A DNA stretch of 60,100 nt, counting the filler, from Hausera hauseri (taxonomy: Eukaryota), in NCBI GenBank assembly GCA_046269625.1. It is 10 parts of 10 records of this genome, joined end to end, with 100 filler letters (N's around TTAATTAATTAA, not from the genome) between each part and the next. Parts side by side here need not be neighbours in the genome. Positions count along the whole stretch, not along the records: positions 12,945 to 16,888 come from JBJURY010867739.1; positions 16,989 to 21,993 come from JBJURY010363373.1; positions 22,094 to 26,677 come from JBJURY010517793.1; 7 more parts are not named here. One strand, 5' to 3'. The translations under genes and the position numbers were made by a program. Shown piece by piece: positions 12,945 to 25,388 of the stretch; within the stretch, counting starts at the first letter, position 1; each line of letters starts with the position of its first letter. The notes beneath the pieces are model-generated. The model was not told where the DNA came from. It was given only the letters and a program-made list of their open reading frames with translations, and searched no databases.

Positions 12945-13879
12945 AAAATTGCGCAATTCGCGTTATTTTTTAACGCATGCTTCTATCGAACGTCAGTAAA
13001 ACTCGTTTAATGGCTTGGTTCTTTTTAAAGGATTCGAGATATTCGCAATAGAGAAAAAAATGCGCAAAGGAATTGAGTTTTTTAAATCTCGAATTCTTTT
13101 CAAGATTCGAGAGATTCGAGGATTCGAATGTCCCATCTCTGGTGTGATGCTGAAAAAAAAAAGTTACGCAAGTCTTACTGGGATAAGAGAAACAACGATA
13201 CCATAGTACAAACAGGAACTCTTCTCGTGTATGTGAACATAAAAGTCAAAATTTGAATGAAATTCGTACAATTTTTAGCAAAAGCAGTAACATGTCACCT
13301 GTTGTGGGTGTCTGTGCGCAAAGGAGACCTAGTGTCAGTAACGTTTAATGCATTTTCAGCATCATCCAAAGCCATATAATCTTACAGTAGAGTTCTGCTA
13401 CATCTAAAATGTATATAGTTAATGTATTAGTACGATCCATACCATCGGATTGTAACCGGGGAGTGGTTTTTCATCCTTAACCATTTCGATTTGCAATCGT
13501 GTTTTTTATAACCTCATCTCGACAGTAAGGTTTACAGGCTTTCGAACTCGCGCCATTATTGTCATAGTTGGAAGACGAACACTTAACCACCGTGTCAGAA
13601 ATTCTCCCCACCAGTACACAACAAAAACAAAAAAAAAATAAATAAAAAAGGAAACGAGAAAGAAGAAGAAAAGCTAGTGATAAAAGCAGTGTGAATCCAT
13701 ACAGCCAGGTCATTTATTAATCGCGTCCACGCCGTCATCTTGTCTGTTAACCATACTGTGAAAACTAAAAACATCTGATTTGACTAATAAGCTGATAAAT
13801 TGCGTAATGTTGAGGAGTAGATGCTGTTAATTTTTCTTGTTCGTAGTTTTCAAATCTAACTGAGGAAATAAAAATAGCA

Positions 13880-15851
13880 AACGCATTGTCGATGCTATTT
13901 TCATTCTCGAGGAGGAGCCACTACACTCTGACATCTCGAAACAACTCGATTTTCTAATCGACAGGGGTGCAGCTTTATCGCTCATACATAGCGCATACAC
14001 TAGACCTACGCTGGTCTCGCATGCACCGCTCAAAGCTGCCAATGGCACGCGAATAGCAACCACAGGTACACTATCCTAAACAAGATGCACCGTCCATCTT
14101 AACAGCAGATGCATCTACAATCGCTCCAGGCACCATGCTTGCCCAGTCAATCGATGACAAAAATGCTCCCATTGAATTATTTTCCCACAAATTCAATTCG
14201 GCTGAGCAACGCTATTCAACTTTCGACCGAAAATTGCTAGCTATAATTCTTAGTGTCAAACACTTCAGACATTTCCTCGAAGGAAATGTGTTCAGAATCT
14301 GCACAGATCACAAACCACTAATTCACATGATGAGTAAGAAAAACCCATCGCCTCATCAAGAGCGACACGTCTCATTTCTATCAAAATTCTCATTCCAGAC
14401 AGCGCATATAACTGGAAAAGACAACACAGGTTCTGACTTCATTTCCAGAACTGAAATATCGACGATATCCTTCGACCCAATTTTCACGGAAGAGATTCTC
14501 CGATCGAACCCTCCACATGAAGACTATGTTACGTTTTTCAAAACAGTCGACACAAAAGATGGAATACACTACAACACCATCCTCAATGGTTGTCCACGCT
14601 CAATTCTGGCAGCAAACCTACGGAAACAGGCGTTTGACACCATTCACAACATCTATCACCCTGGATCAAAAGCCACAGAACGCCTATTAAGCAGTAGAGT
14701 CTGTTGGCCTCTCATGCTAATCAACATAAAGCGGTGGAAAAAAGAATGTTTGCTTTGCCAACAGTATAAAGTCAACAATACTATACAACCACCATTCCTA
14801 CACTATCCTACTGGCTCACGGTTTGAAGCCATCCACATGGATATAATCGGACCAATTCCCGAATGTAACGGATATCAGTACATCCTAACCATTCTCGACC
14901 GGGAAATAAGATGGCACGAAGCCATTCCCATCAGCCAGATAACAACGCAAAGCGTTGTAGCTGTATTGCTAAATACATGGATTTCTGGGTTCGGAGTACC
15001 TAAAAGCATTATAACAGATCAGGGTACCCAATTCGAGTCAGCCACGTTTAACCAATTAACCAAATCGCTGGGTTTCAAGATATACACACATCACCCTATC
15101 ACCCGCAAGCGAATGGCTTGATTGAACGATTTCACAGTACACTCAATAATCCCTACGTATCCTATGCCATGATAACAAGAACTGGCTGGATGCATTACTT
15201 ATTGTGTTCCTAGGGTGCAGAAACACTCCCAACACTAGCACTGATGCCTCTCCGGCACAACTATTTGGTGCCCACCTCACTTTCCCACAAGATCTGGTGA
15301 GCACTGAGGAAGTAACTTCCATTCCTCCTCTCAACCAAGCTCGGCAGCATTTCTTGTCAATAGACACGAACCCTGCATTCCACAACAATCACAAAAAACC
15401 AATCATGCCAAAGAATCTACAGGATGAGTCCTTTGTCTGGCTCAAAAGCCAACAAAGACACGGTTTTGAACCATACTACACGGGCCCCTACAAGCTCATA
15501 GAAATCACTGAGCACAACGCCAAAATAATAGGCGACAATGACGAACATATAGTCCACTTGTCGAATGTAAAACCCGCGTTTGGCTATTATGATTCCAATA
15601 CGGAAGATGCTATCCAACAAGACGTACCCAGCATGTCAGAAGTAGACCAGCTTCTCGAAAACTACAAAATTGATCCATTCAATATGGACACTCCCGTAGC
15701 ATATGACCCGACCTCGGTCCAAAATGAAACACGCATTACCCCAACACCCTTACTTCCGGAAACGAAACGTACGACAATACGTAATCAAATCCCTGCTGCA
15801 CCGGTATCGAATAGCACCAGGAGTGCATCTAAGATACCCAGACTTCATTGA
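13880..15851 (+). mobile_element. Ty3/Gypsy pol remnant: protease, RNase H, integrase, GPY tail; RT missing
   Basis: Protease FLIDRGAALSL..LKAANG (13951). RNase H LTADAS..AEQRYSTFDRKLLAI..TDHKPL. Integrase HxxYHPG..CLLC, HMDIIGP, ITDQGTQF. YTGPYKL. Frameshifts present. Confidence 0.93.
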
Positions 15852-17367
15852 AACCCCACAGTAATCAAGAGCTAAATGCGTGGTTGCATGCGGTGTAAAC
15901 GCCGCACCAAAACAGGTGGGGATCAAACCCACAGTGCCAAAACTGACACTCCCTCATGCCATTTTTAATATGGCAAGGAGTACGCCACATGCAACTAGGC
16001 GATGCCCAAGACAACAAAATCGCGTAACAAACTGACAAAAGTTAGCTTACTTAATGGACCTAGCTTACCCAACCCGTCTAATCATGTTACTTTACTGCCG
16101 GGTTAATCAAGTTCCGCTAAATTCCCCGACCACTATTTTCCATCGATATTCATGTGGACTTCATGCCTTCTGTACTGTCAAATTAAAATGAGCTATCTAC
16201 TATTTGACAGTTCTAATGATGTGCGATAAGGTCAATATTTAGACTAGAGACCAGAATAAAGGTGTAATCGATTATTAAAATGTTTTAATTCAAAAAAAGA
16301 AATACATTGGAAATGGAATAGCAGTTGAAAATTAATAAAAACTTACTGAAATCTGTAGAAAACTCCAGTTACACCGATTGGGGAAATGTGAACAAGTTCC
16401 GGTATCCTGCTCTTTGAACAAATATGCGGTGCTTTAAGTAGCAGGAAATTCTCTGCATGTCAGTAAATCGCTATTTTGAAAGAAAAATCGTAAAGAGCAA
16501 CAAAATGTGTTTTTGTGTCAGATGCAGCAGTTATCTAATAAATAAACCGAACCCCCCCAGATTATCAAACAATGCGGTATACGGCAAACTTTTCTCCCTC
16601 AAATAACAAAATAACAACATACAAAATTCCCACTTGCCATTCAGAACGACAGCAAAACCCATTAGAAGAAAATGTTTGAATCAACACTATCGAAACTGTG
16701 TCTGACGATTACTGTTGACCATTACCCAACACGTTTCTTTTGTACGTAAGTAGTCAACGAAATCGTATAATAAGCATGAAGATGAAAATATTAACCAAAA
16801 ACTACTCGCAGCAATGTCTTACATAGACCAGCTACTTGCTTAAATATTTCAAAGGAATTTCGTAGGAAAGTAACGTTCATTAGTGCCANNNNNNNNNNNN
16901 NNNNNNNNNNNNNNNNNNNNNNNNNNNNNNNNTTAATTAATTAANNNNNNNNNNNNNNNNNNNNNNNNNNNNNNNNNNNNNNNNNNNNATTTCAATGGAA
17001 CAATGCTAACATGTAACGATCATATATTCTGCATTAATTGCCTCAAAATTAGGATGAAATACAACAGTTTCTGTCCAATGTATAGGACAGAATGTTATCA
17101 TGTCGTTGTTTAAGATGACAATGGGCAGGTGATATACATCGTATTGGTGTTGCCAGCGATAATTCATTCGGACGATGATGAAGACAGTGATGATGATACT
17201 GTAATTAAAGATATTATACAAGTGTTGTGTTTGTTATGTTAATACACAGTTATTTTGAAAAATCGTGTTTTGTTCTTCCTAAAATAATGTGGAATAAGTA
17301 AGGGTTAGTATTACCGATAATCAATACGCCCATCAATACACTATGTATACCTTGGCCCTATTTAATT

Positions 17368-17485
17368 AACTCTATGCACCTATATATTTAAGCCTATATA
17401 CCTATGTAGCTAACCCTATATGCCTATATCGTTAATCCTATACACCTACGTAGTTCACTCTATGCACTTATATAGCTAACCCTAT
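17368..17485. repeat. Degenerate 22-bp minisatellite, ~5.5 copies
   Basis: aactctatgcacctatatattt / aagcctatatacctatgtagct / aaccctatatgcctatatcgtt / aatcctatacacctacgtagtt / cactctatgcacttatatagct. Confidence 0.8.
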
Positions 17486-17629
17486 TTGACTCTCCAAACA
17501 TATACCATAGAGTGTATATATTATGATAGCAATTTCCAAAAATAAATAGATTTGGAATGATAATATAAAGAATATTCCAACGCGTAAAGTGGATAAATTG
17601 ATATCATGCAATTATAAAACAATAGTTTT

Positions 17630-17790
17630 GTAAAGACCTTCTAACGGCGTAATCGTATTGTGCCGTTATAGGTTGGAAATCGGGGCCTGCCTATGTGTCC
17701 GACGCACCTGCAGCAGACGCCCGGCCGTGCCCAACCGAATGGGCCAGAGGCAGCAGGCCGCTCTGTGCACCACATTGCCCCCCCCCGTGG
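17630..17790 (-). mobile_element. Polypurine tract and start of 3' LTR of Gypsy family A (GC-rich LTR)
   Basis: Minus strand reads ccac-G9-caa-TGTGGTGCACAGAGCGGCC... with TG at 17774. Homologous to 23672, 54910 and 59000. The distal LTR end is uncertain. Confidence 0.8.
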
Positions 17791-20700
17791 CAACGTTAAA
17801 CTATGAAGCGTAAAAAAATAGAGCGAAAAAATCGCAAAACGAAAAATGTTTGTGTCAGTTGAGCTTAGTGTGAGTAAGGCGTTAGGTACCTTCGACTGAT
17901 TTTTCCCTGCTATACTTGCTGAATGTGACTCTGCGTGTTGTGTCTTTATGCGATGTGTTTGTGTCCAGAGATTGAGGTTGGGGGAAAAATTCGTTAGATT
18001 TTGGTTTTGGTGTTGTACCATGCGAAGATGAGTCGGAATAAAGAGAAGAAGAGGATGAAGAAAGAAGAGGGATTGTTGAAGATGGATGGTTAAAGGCATT
18101 GAAAAGAGTGTTAGAAGACGAAGGAGTGATGAAAGATGTAGTGGCGGATAAAGGAAGATAGGAAAAAGTTGGAGTAGAGATTGGAATTGTGCTGAGTGAA
18201 AGAGTGGAAGAGGAAAATGATACAGAGGGAGTGGTAGAAATAGAAGTAGAATGTGTAGAAAATGCTGTGGCAGGACTAAGAGCAGAAGAGGAAGGTGGAA
18301 ATGATGTAGTAATAGATATAGGGATAGCAGGGAGTGGAGAAGTGAGAAAAGAGGTTGACGTGTCAATTTGTAAGGTGTAGTCGACAAAGAAAGCGGGTTT
18401 TAAGTTGGTAATGTGTATTCTAAGGTCTTTGCCGTCTTTAGAGATAATGACGTTATGTGAGTGCAGCTGTATCGGTTTATAGGGCCCCAGGTACCGTGAC
18501 TGAAAACCTGAAGGCGCTTGATTCTTTAGCCACACGAATTTTGCTAAATACAAATCTTCGGGTATGTTTTGTCTTTGTGAAGTACACTGCAGAACGAATC
18601 TTTGCTGACCTTGACGAAGTGATTTTGTACCGCTCGTATCGTCTCATCTGTGGGAGTGTCGTTTAGGGCGGTTAGTTCGAACAATGATCGTACAGGAGCT
18701 CCGAATAAGGCTTCAGTAGGTGAGCATCCTGTAGAAATTGGCAGTGTTCCGCCAGCCGAGCAGAACAAACGGAAGAAGATTCACCCAACTAGTGTTGGAC
18801 TCTGTGAGAATTCGTAGTGATGTTTTAAATGTTCGGTGGAAATGTTCTAGAAGGCCAATTGATTGGGGGTGATAAGGCGTAGTATGTATGTGATAAATCC
18901 CCAATCGGTTAACAAGGGATTTGAACAGGTTGGACTCGAACTGTGGACCCTGGTCCATGATGATGAAGAGAGGTGATCCAAACCTGCTAATCCATGTGCG
19001 AATGAAAACGTCAGCTATAGTGCCGGTATTTATGCTCCGCAGAGAAATGGCTTCTGGCCATCTCGAGGAATGGTCCATCATGGTGAGGATGAATTGATGA
19101 CCGTTGTCTGGAGGAAGAGGGCCAACGATGTCGATATGCACGGATTCGAAACGCGATGTGCAGGGAAAGTGGAATAGTGGTGGCTTTAAAGGCTTAGCTT
19201 TTTGCATTTTTGGCAAGCCACACTCACTAACCCATGACTGCACATCAAAACGCATTGACGGCCATATTACTTGTCGAAGGAGTAGACGAAAAGTGGCTTT
19301 AGCACCAGGGTGGTGTAGCGAATGTACGCTGTTGAATACTTGCCTTTGCAAGGTGGTGCAAGTATTATTGCGGAATGACCTGGTTTGGAAGTGTCAACGA
19401 TTGTGCAATACTTAAAAGAATTAAGCATGTCCTGATGTGACTAGTTCTGATGAAGTTTATCTTACGTAAAGATCGGTGAAAAATTAATCGAACTAACCGA
19501 CCTCGATAAAAAGTCAGCAACTAATTTGTTAACCCCGTTAATATGTTTAATATCGAAGTAAAATGTCGATAAGTATGATATTTGTCGTTCTTGGCGTGTG
19601 GAAGGGTGTTTCAAAGCCATGATGTTAAGTAAAGGTTTGTGATCGGTTTGTATAGTGAAATGACGAGCGACAAGTAGGTGTTAAAAATGCTTTAGAGCGA
19701 AAACGATGTCCAATAGTTCTCGATCGAACGTGGAATATCTGGTTTCAGGTGCTGTTAGCTTGCGAGCAAAAAATTCTAGAGGTTGATTTTCTCCCTTGTA
19801 GATCTGGTGGAGTACAGCGCCTACTGAAGTGGTTGACACGTCTGGAGTAAGGATGGGTTCTGCATCAGGCTTGGGGAAAACGAGAATATCGGCGGTCTTA
19901 ATTCCTTCACGTAGTTTATCAAATTTGTCAACCAATTCATGTGCCCACTGGATTGGCTGATGTTTTTTGCCGCCTTTTAGATGTGCGAATGGTGCTGTCA
20001 TTTCGGAGCAATATAGTACATATTTATGTACAAAGTGTAGTGTGCCAAGGAAGCTACGCATTTCGGTGGTCGTACGTAACAACTGGATATTTTTAAGAGC
20101 TTCGACTCGGTCTGATTTGGGGGAATGACCGTCTGGTGAAATAACGTGGCCTAAAAAGTTAATGCGTTTTTTGAAGAAATGGCATTTGTCGAAATTGACT
20201 TGGAGATTATGGTGGTTAAGACTTTGGAATGTTGCAATAAGGTGTTCCTCGTAATGTTTGGCCGAAGACGAAACGACTAGAATATCATAGATATAAGGGT
20301 GTCAAACGGGAAATCTGAGAGAATTGAATCAATGTGCCGCTGAAAAGTTTGTGCGGCATTCCGCAAACCGAATGGCATAAACAGGTATTCGTAGAGACCA
20401 AAAGGAGTAGTGGCAGCAGTTTTTTCTATGTCTTCGAGTGCTACCGGTATTTGATGGTATGCTTTAGCTAAATCAATGGTCGAATAGATGGTGGTTGAAT
20501 TAAGACTATGCAAGATATCCTTGATAAGTAGTAAATGGTACGCATCCATTATAGTCAAGGTGTTTAGCTGTCGGTAGTCACCGCATGGTCTAAAAGTACC
20601 GTCCTTTTTTGTACAACGCGTAAAGGTAATGACCAAGGAGATTTGGAACGGCGTACTATTCCGGAACGTTCTAGTTCAAGAAATTCGGTTTCTACGGCCT

Positions 20701-21993
20701 GTCTACGACGATGTGACAGAGGTCGTACCTTTTGGCGTATTGGACGTTGATGTTGTGTAACTATGTGGTGTAAAGTATTATTTGCGGGAATAAACGTACG
20801 GTCTTTTTTAAGTACGCGTGGACATAATGGGTTGACGAATTACTGTAAAGTTGTAGGTAACTTTGAGAGATTCGGTAAAAGTGGTGAAACAACTTGAGTA
20901 ATAGCGGATGAATTTGTGAGTTGTTTGGTGATGTGCAATCAAGTGGTATTTGGTGTCAGATGGTCGAATTGAAAATGGTGTTGGATGAAGTGGCTTCGAT
21001 AAATGAACCAACGTTGTCAGCAGTACCACAATTATCGACATCAAACCTCAATCAAATATCAGTATTATTATTTAAAAATTTACGAATTGAGTTATTATTA
21101 TGGAAATTCAAATTATTCATTGATTTTTTTAAGGTTGACCTTCATATCCAGGTCGACTGCGCGGTAGTCGAAATGCTATTGACATATCCAGAAATGTCGC
21201 CAGTGGTGCCGTTCCTTAAACATCGCTGACTGCAGTCAACCAGTAAATTATAGTGTGAGAGAAAGTCGGATCCTAGAATTGCCGTCTGAATGTTAGCGAC
21301 TGTGAACGTCCAGTGGAAAGGTGAAGGAAAATTTGGTAAAGTGAAAGATAATTTAGCCATGCCAGAAATGTGCAGCGGTTGGCCTGAAGCGGTGTATAAG
21401 GGCTTAATTCTGAATGGTGAATTTTGTACAGAAAAGGTTTGCGGTAATAAAGAAATTGCTGCACCTGTATCGATGAGGAAATCAACAGATTGTGTTGAAG
21501 GAGCAGTGATTGCAGCCTTTAGAGTAAAGACAGCAAAAGAGACGTGTTGGCGTTCAGAAAGTGAAGTAGTGCCTTTGCCAGAGTTTGCCGTGACTTCTGG
21601 CGGCGAACTAAGTTTTTTTGAAAGGGTGAATTAGGACGACTAATAGAAGGAAAGGTAGTACGTCCGTCGTTTGTAGTTGATTTGAATGTGCAGCCTAGAG
21701 TACGTTTACGAGCTTGGTTTTTGAATCTTGCATGGTAGGTGCAAACAACGGTGCCCGAGGAAAAACTTTTGTTATAGAATTTTCACCCTAGGCAGCACTT
21801 CTGAGCATTAGTGTTAAATCTGCTGTGGAAATAGCAAATCGACGAATGCACAGGCAACGGTAAGCGGTTTCTAGACGCAGAACGAACGCGGTCAGCGACA
21901 AAATCCCTCCGGCGGAACAGGGTGAGTTCGCTTAGTTTATTATTAATATTGTTGATTGTTGCGTGTAGTGCAATATTTTCAGCACGTAGCTGA
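17791..21993 (-). mobile_element. Ty3/Gypsy family A, decayed internal region: gag 3' end, PR, RT, RH, IN, S/T/P-rich tail
   Basis: Twin CxxH knuckles near 21.7-21.85 kb. FLIDTGAAISL. RPCGDYRQLN..IDLAKAYHQIP..MPFGLRNAAQTFQR. YIDD mutated to YIYD. RYSTFDRELL. HIDIVGP..DQGPQF. YLGPYK. Many stops and frameshifts; cut by a spacer. Confidence 0.95.
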
Positions 21994-22507
21994 NNNNNNN
22001 NNNNNNNNNNNNNNNNNNNNNNNNNNNNNNNNNNNNNTTAATTAATTAANNNNNNNNNNNNNNNNNNNNNNNNNNNNNNNNNNNNNNNNNNNNTTTTAAA
22101 GTGTTTATTTATCCATTATTTAAACAAATTAAAATAAATAATAATTTGCTTATTATTTATTTTTGCTGCTTCATTACTAACCTAATTGTCAAAATTATTC
22201 ATTAAAGTTGTAAAATTCAATATTCCTGTTTAGTGTGTTTGAGGGAATAGCATTGTAATTTATGTGGTTTGTATTCATGTTAATTTCACGTTTTGTTTTT
22301 AAATCGTTCAAAGTTGTAAGAATCAGTCGCATGCCCAAAGGGGAATCTGACTTCAAGAATTTTTTTCATAGGATTTATGGCCCAATTTATTTTATTTATT
22401 TATGTAATAATAACTTTTTAAATTTTTGTAATTGATGAATAAATTTGAAATTTACAAAAATGTCACAAAAAGTGCCGAATAACGGAATGCACAGAAAAAA
22501 GGGAATC

Positions 22508-22655
22508 AAATTGAGAAAAAGTAAAATTAAAGCGAGGAAAAGTAAATTCAAACTGAAAAATAGTAAATTCCAAATAAGAAATAATAATTTGAAAACTAGA
22601 AATAGTGAAATTACACTAAATTACTGAAATTTCAAAGTGAGCACAATAAATAAAA
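22508..22655. repeat. Degenerate A-rich 21-bp minisatellite, ~7 copies
   Basis: aaattgagaaaaagtaaaatt / aaagcgaggaaaagtaaattc / aaactgaaaaatagtaaattc / caaataagaaataataatttg / aaaactagaaatagtgaaatt ... Confidence 0.7.
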
Positions 22656-23607
22656 TCTGAAAATTTATTAATTACATCAACACAGTTTATACTAAGAACT
22701 CGAAACACGAATACTAATTGAGAAGTTAAATTTAAATAAGTAACAAAGAAGTTTAAAGACATGAACGAATGGAAAATGTCACTGAATCACATAGAATAGT
22801 ACGCAGTTTTAAAGACAATTAACACAATCAAATCTTCAGAAAATTTATTAATGATTTTAATTTTATTTTATGAGAAAGTAAAAAAGATCAGTTAATAACG
22901 AAATGTTCAATAAAGAAGTATTTGAAGTAAAGAAGTTTTTGAAGCCAAGAAACAAGAAAAGTTATGCTAAGTATGAGTGAATCACACGTGACATTTTGCC
23001 GGTGTTATTCTATTAATTGCATCATTTGTAACTTCCAAAAACATTTGAACGGTGCTTAGCCATAGATGAACCGTTTCGATTAGTCAACTGATTGTTATAT
23101 ATTTGTTGAGCAATATTCGGATAAGCTAGACTAAATAAAATTAAAAAGTGTATTGAAATAAAGTAGATAAAAATAAGCTGACTTTAGATGTTTATGTAAT
23201 CTACTATACCTCAAAAAGTCGTGAACACTTAACAAATTTAATATAATTTCAAATAGGAAGCTGTATAAATGAATTTGCTGCAACATTCATATGAAANNNN
23301 NNNNNNTGGTACAATTAATATTAATTGTATTCAACAATAAAAACAATAATTGCACAAATGTAATGTATGATTGTCACATTCAGTCTTACCATATTGTTTG
23401 GTCCGAAAAATTCTTAGCAATTTGCCGATTGATTAATGTATATTAATCTTTCTAATCGCACAGAAAATTCAGTTATTTTAATATCAGTGTACTGGCGATT
23501 GAAATACACGTCCAAAGTTTGGAATATATTTTGTCATTTTCTCAGAAATTTGTTTCCTATAAAATTATTTATTAGGACACGATTCTAAAAACAAAGTTTA
23601 GTTATTG

Positions 23608-24731
23608 TGTAACGTCCAAGAGTCATAAATGAGAATATCGCCCCTATTAAGGACTTTGGACGGTTCGTACGTGTGGTGCCCACAGCGGCCGGTGCCCTTT
23701 TACCCATTTAGTTGGGCACGGCCGGGCGTCCGTTGCCGCCGCGTCGGGTACATAGTTGGGTCCCATTCTCCGCCTCGAACATTCTACAAGAACTTCAATA
23801 AATGCATTAAGTACATCTACTCTTTCTCCTTCCTCACAATTCTCTACTTCAAACTCAATAACCTCATCGTCAATATCAGTAAGTACTACAACCAAAAGTA
23901 TGTTGTGAATTAGGAGTAAAAGTGCAACCGAATGTCGATCGAAACCGAAATGTAAATATACCGATTGAAAATCGGATTTCGATCGAAAAACATTATCCAA
24001 ATAAACAATATTGTAAATTAACAGACGGCACAAACTGTAAATATACAAATCTAAACGAATTAAAGTTGAATCACAGTGTAAATATTGTTTAAAAATTGAA
24101 ATAATAATCGCGAAACTCGGGAGAAAAGGAGATAAACAACGGTTGGTTACTATATAAGCTGACGATTAGAACGATATAGATAGACTGTCGTGAAGTCGCG
24201 AAAGTTACGAAATTTCAAAATTATTCAGACGTGAGAATTCAGAAGGATTTCGAAATTCGAATTAGTCAGTATTAGAACTGTATTATTCACTTTATTCGTG
24301 AACTGATTTTCTTGTCTTGTTGGACAATTCTGATTATTGAACTGTGCTTAATGGTGTGGTATATTTTGTTTGTATTTAATATATCTTGTATTCTAAAATT
24401 CTTTTATAGTTTTTCGTCGCTCTTTAAGAGGGACTAGAACAACCCTAAGGAATAAATTATTTTATAAACTCAATAGTTAAGACTAGAATTTTGTAACTAT
24501 ACATTCATTGCACGCAGTACCTGCAAGATAAAATAAGTGCAAACATTCTAACGAAAACGTTAGAACTTATCTGCTTACAAATAACTATCTAAATTTTGAA
24601 ATTATTCATTGTTATAGTTGGGTGCTGGATAGGGCCCACCTTCAACTACTAACACATGCATACATCAATCCTAGAAAGAGGATTGCAAATACCAATGAAC
24701 ATCATCACGGACTTTCGCTAAAGGTGTTATA
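23608..24731 (+). mobile_element. LTR of family B (long LTR), interrupted by a family A LTR
   Basis: Starts TGTAACG. TATA (ctatataag) at 24150. Collinear similarity to the minus-strand LTR at 25389-26244 (TCAGTATT, TTTATTCGTG, TATAGTTTTTC plus hairpin, CAGTACCyGCA, TAACGArAACGTTA). The 3' end (TGTTATA) is tentative. Confidence 0.6.
23672..23890 (+). mobile_element. Solo LTR of Gypsy family A (~219 bp)
   Basis: Termini TGTGGTGC...GTACTACA form an imperfect inverted pair. Internal AATAAA near 23797. The first ~110 bp match the LTR starts at 17774 and 59000. No TSD found. Confidence 0.72.
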
Positions 24732-24732
24732 A

Positions 24733-25388
24733 GAACCGGAAGATGAAAAAATAGTACGTCACGAATTAGCTAAATATCTGTACGGATATACAATAATAAA
24801 TGCCAATACAAGTACAATCCTTAAAATATTACGTATCCCAATGGAAATAATTTATGGCATACCTGATTTATTGGCAGTATCAAATACCAAAATTAGATTT
24901 GCTGAAATGGTGCTGAAAATTAATCTAACGCAAGTCACAAAAATTTATGGAATTCACCAAGATTTTCCAAAAGCAGTAGAATCAATAATGAAAATGATAA
25001 TCAAGATTCAAACCGGAATTATAAATTCATGTTCCAACGAGAAATGGGAATTCGAATGGACACCTCCAACTAACAACGTAATAGACAATGGCTCATTTAA
25101 GAAGATTAAAGGTACCTATCATGAAAATTATAAAGAGGAACAATTTCAATTAATAGTTCTTGATGAAAATAAAAACCAAGCAGCTATAAACAATTTAAAG
25201 ATTCAAACGGATAAAATATTAGGTAAAGTGAAAAATCCTCAAAAAATTCTTAAAATGGAATTATCCATAATAATATTCGGAGACGTTAACCAGATCTTAA
25301 ACCTCGAATATCTTCCTGAACCAACGGTGACGGTAAATGAAAATAACCAAATAACACCAAATCTCATTCGGAAACATAGTCGGTATAG
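24733..25388 (+). other. Intronless open frame of unknown function (~218 codons) lying between two family B LTRs
   Basis: Stop-free from 24733 to the boundary of the minus-strand LTR, with A-rich coding bias. No recognisable motif. Confidence 0.45.

Noticed and set aside
24159-24215. Hammerhead ribozyme (CTGACGA...GAAA) suggesting a Penelope pLTR
   Set aside because: Stem II cannot close and the core is absent from the homologous minus-strand LTR.
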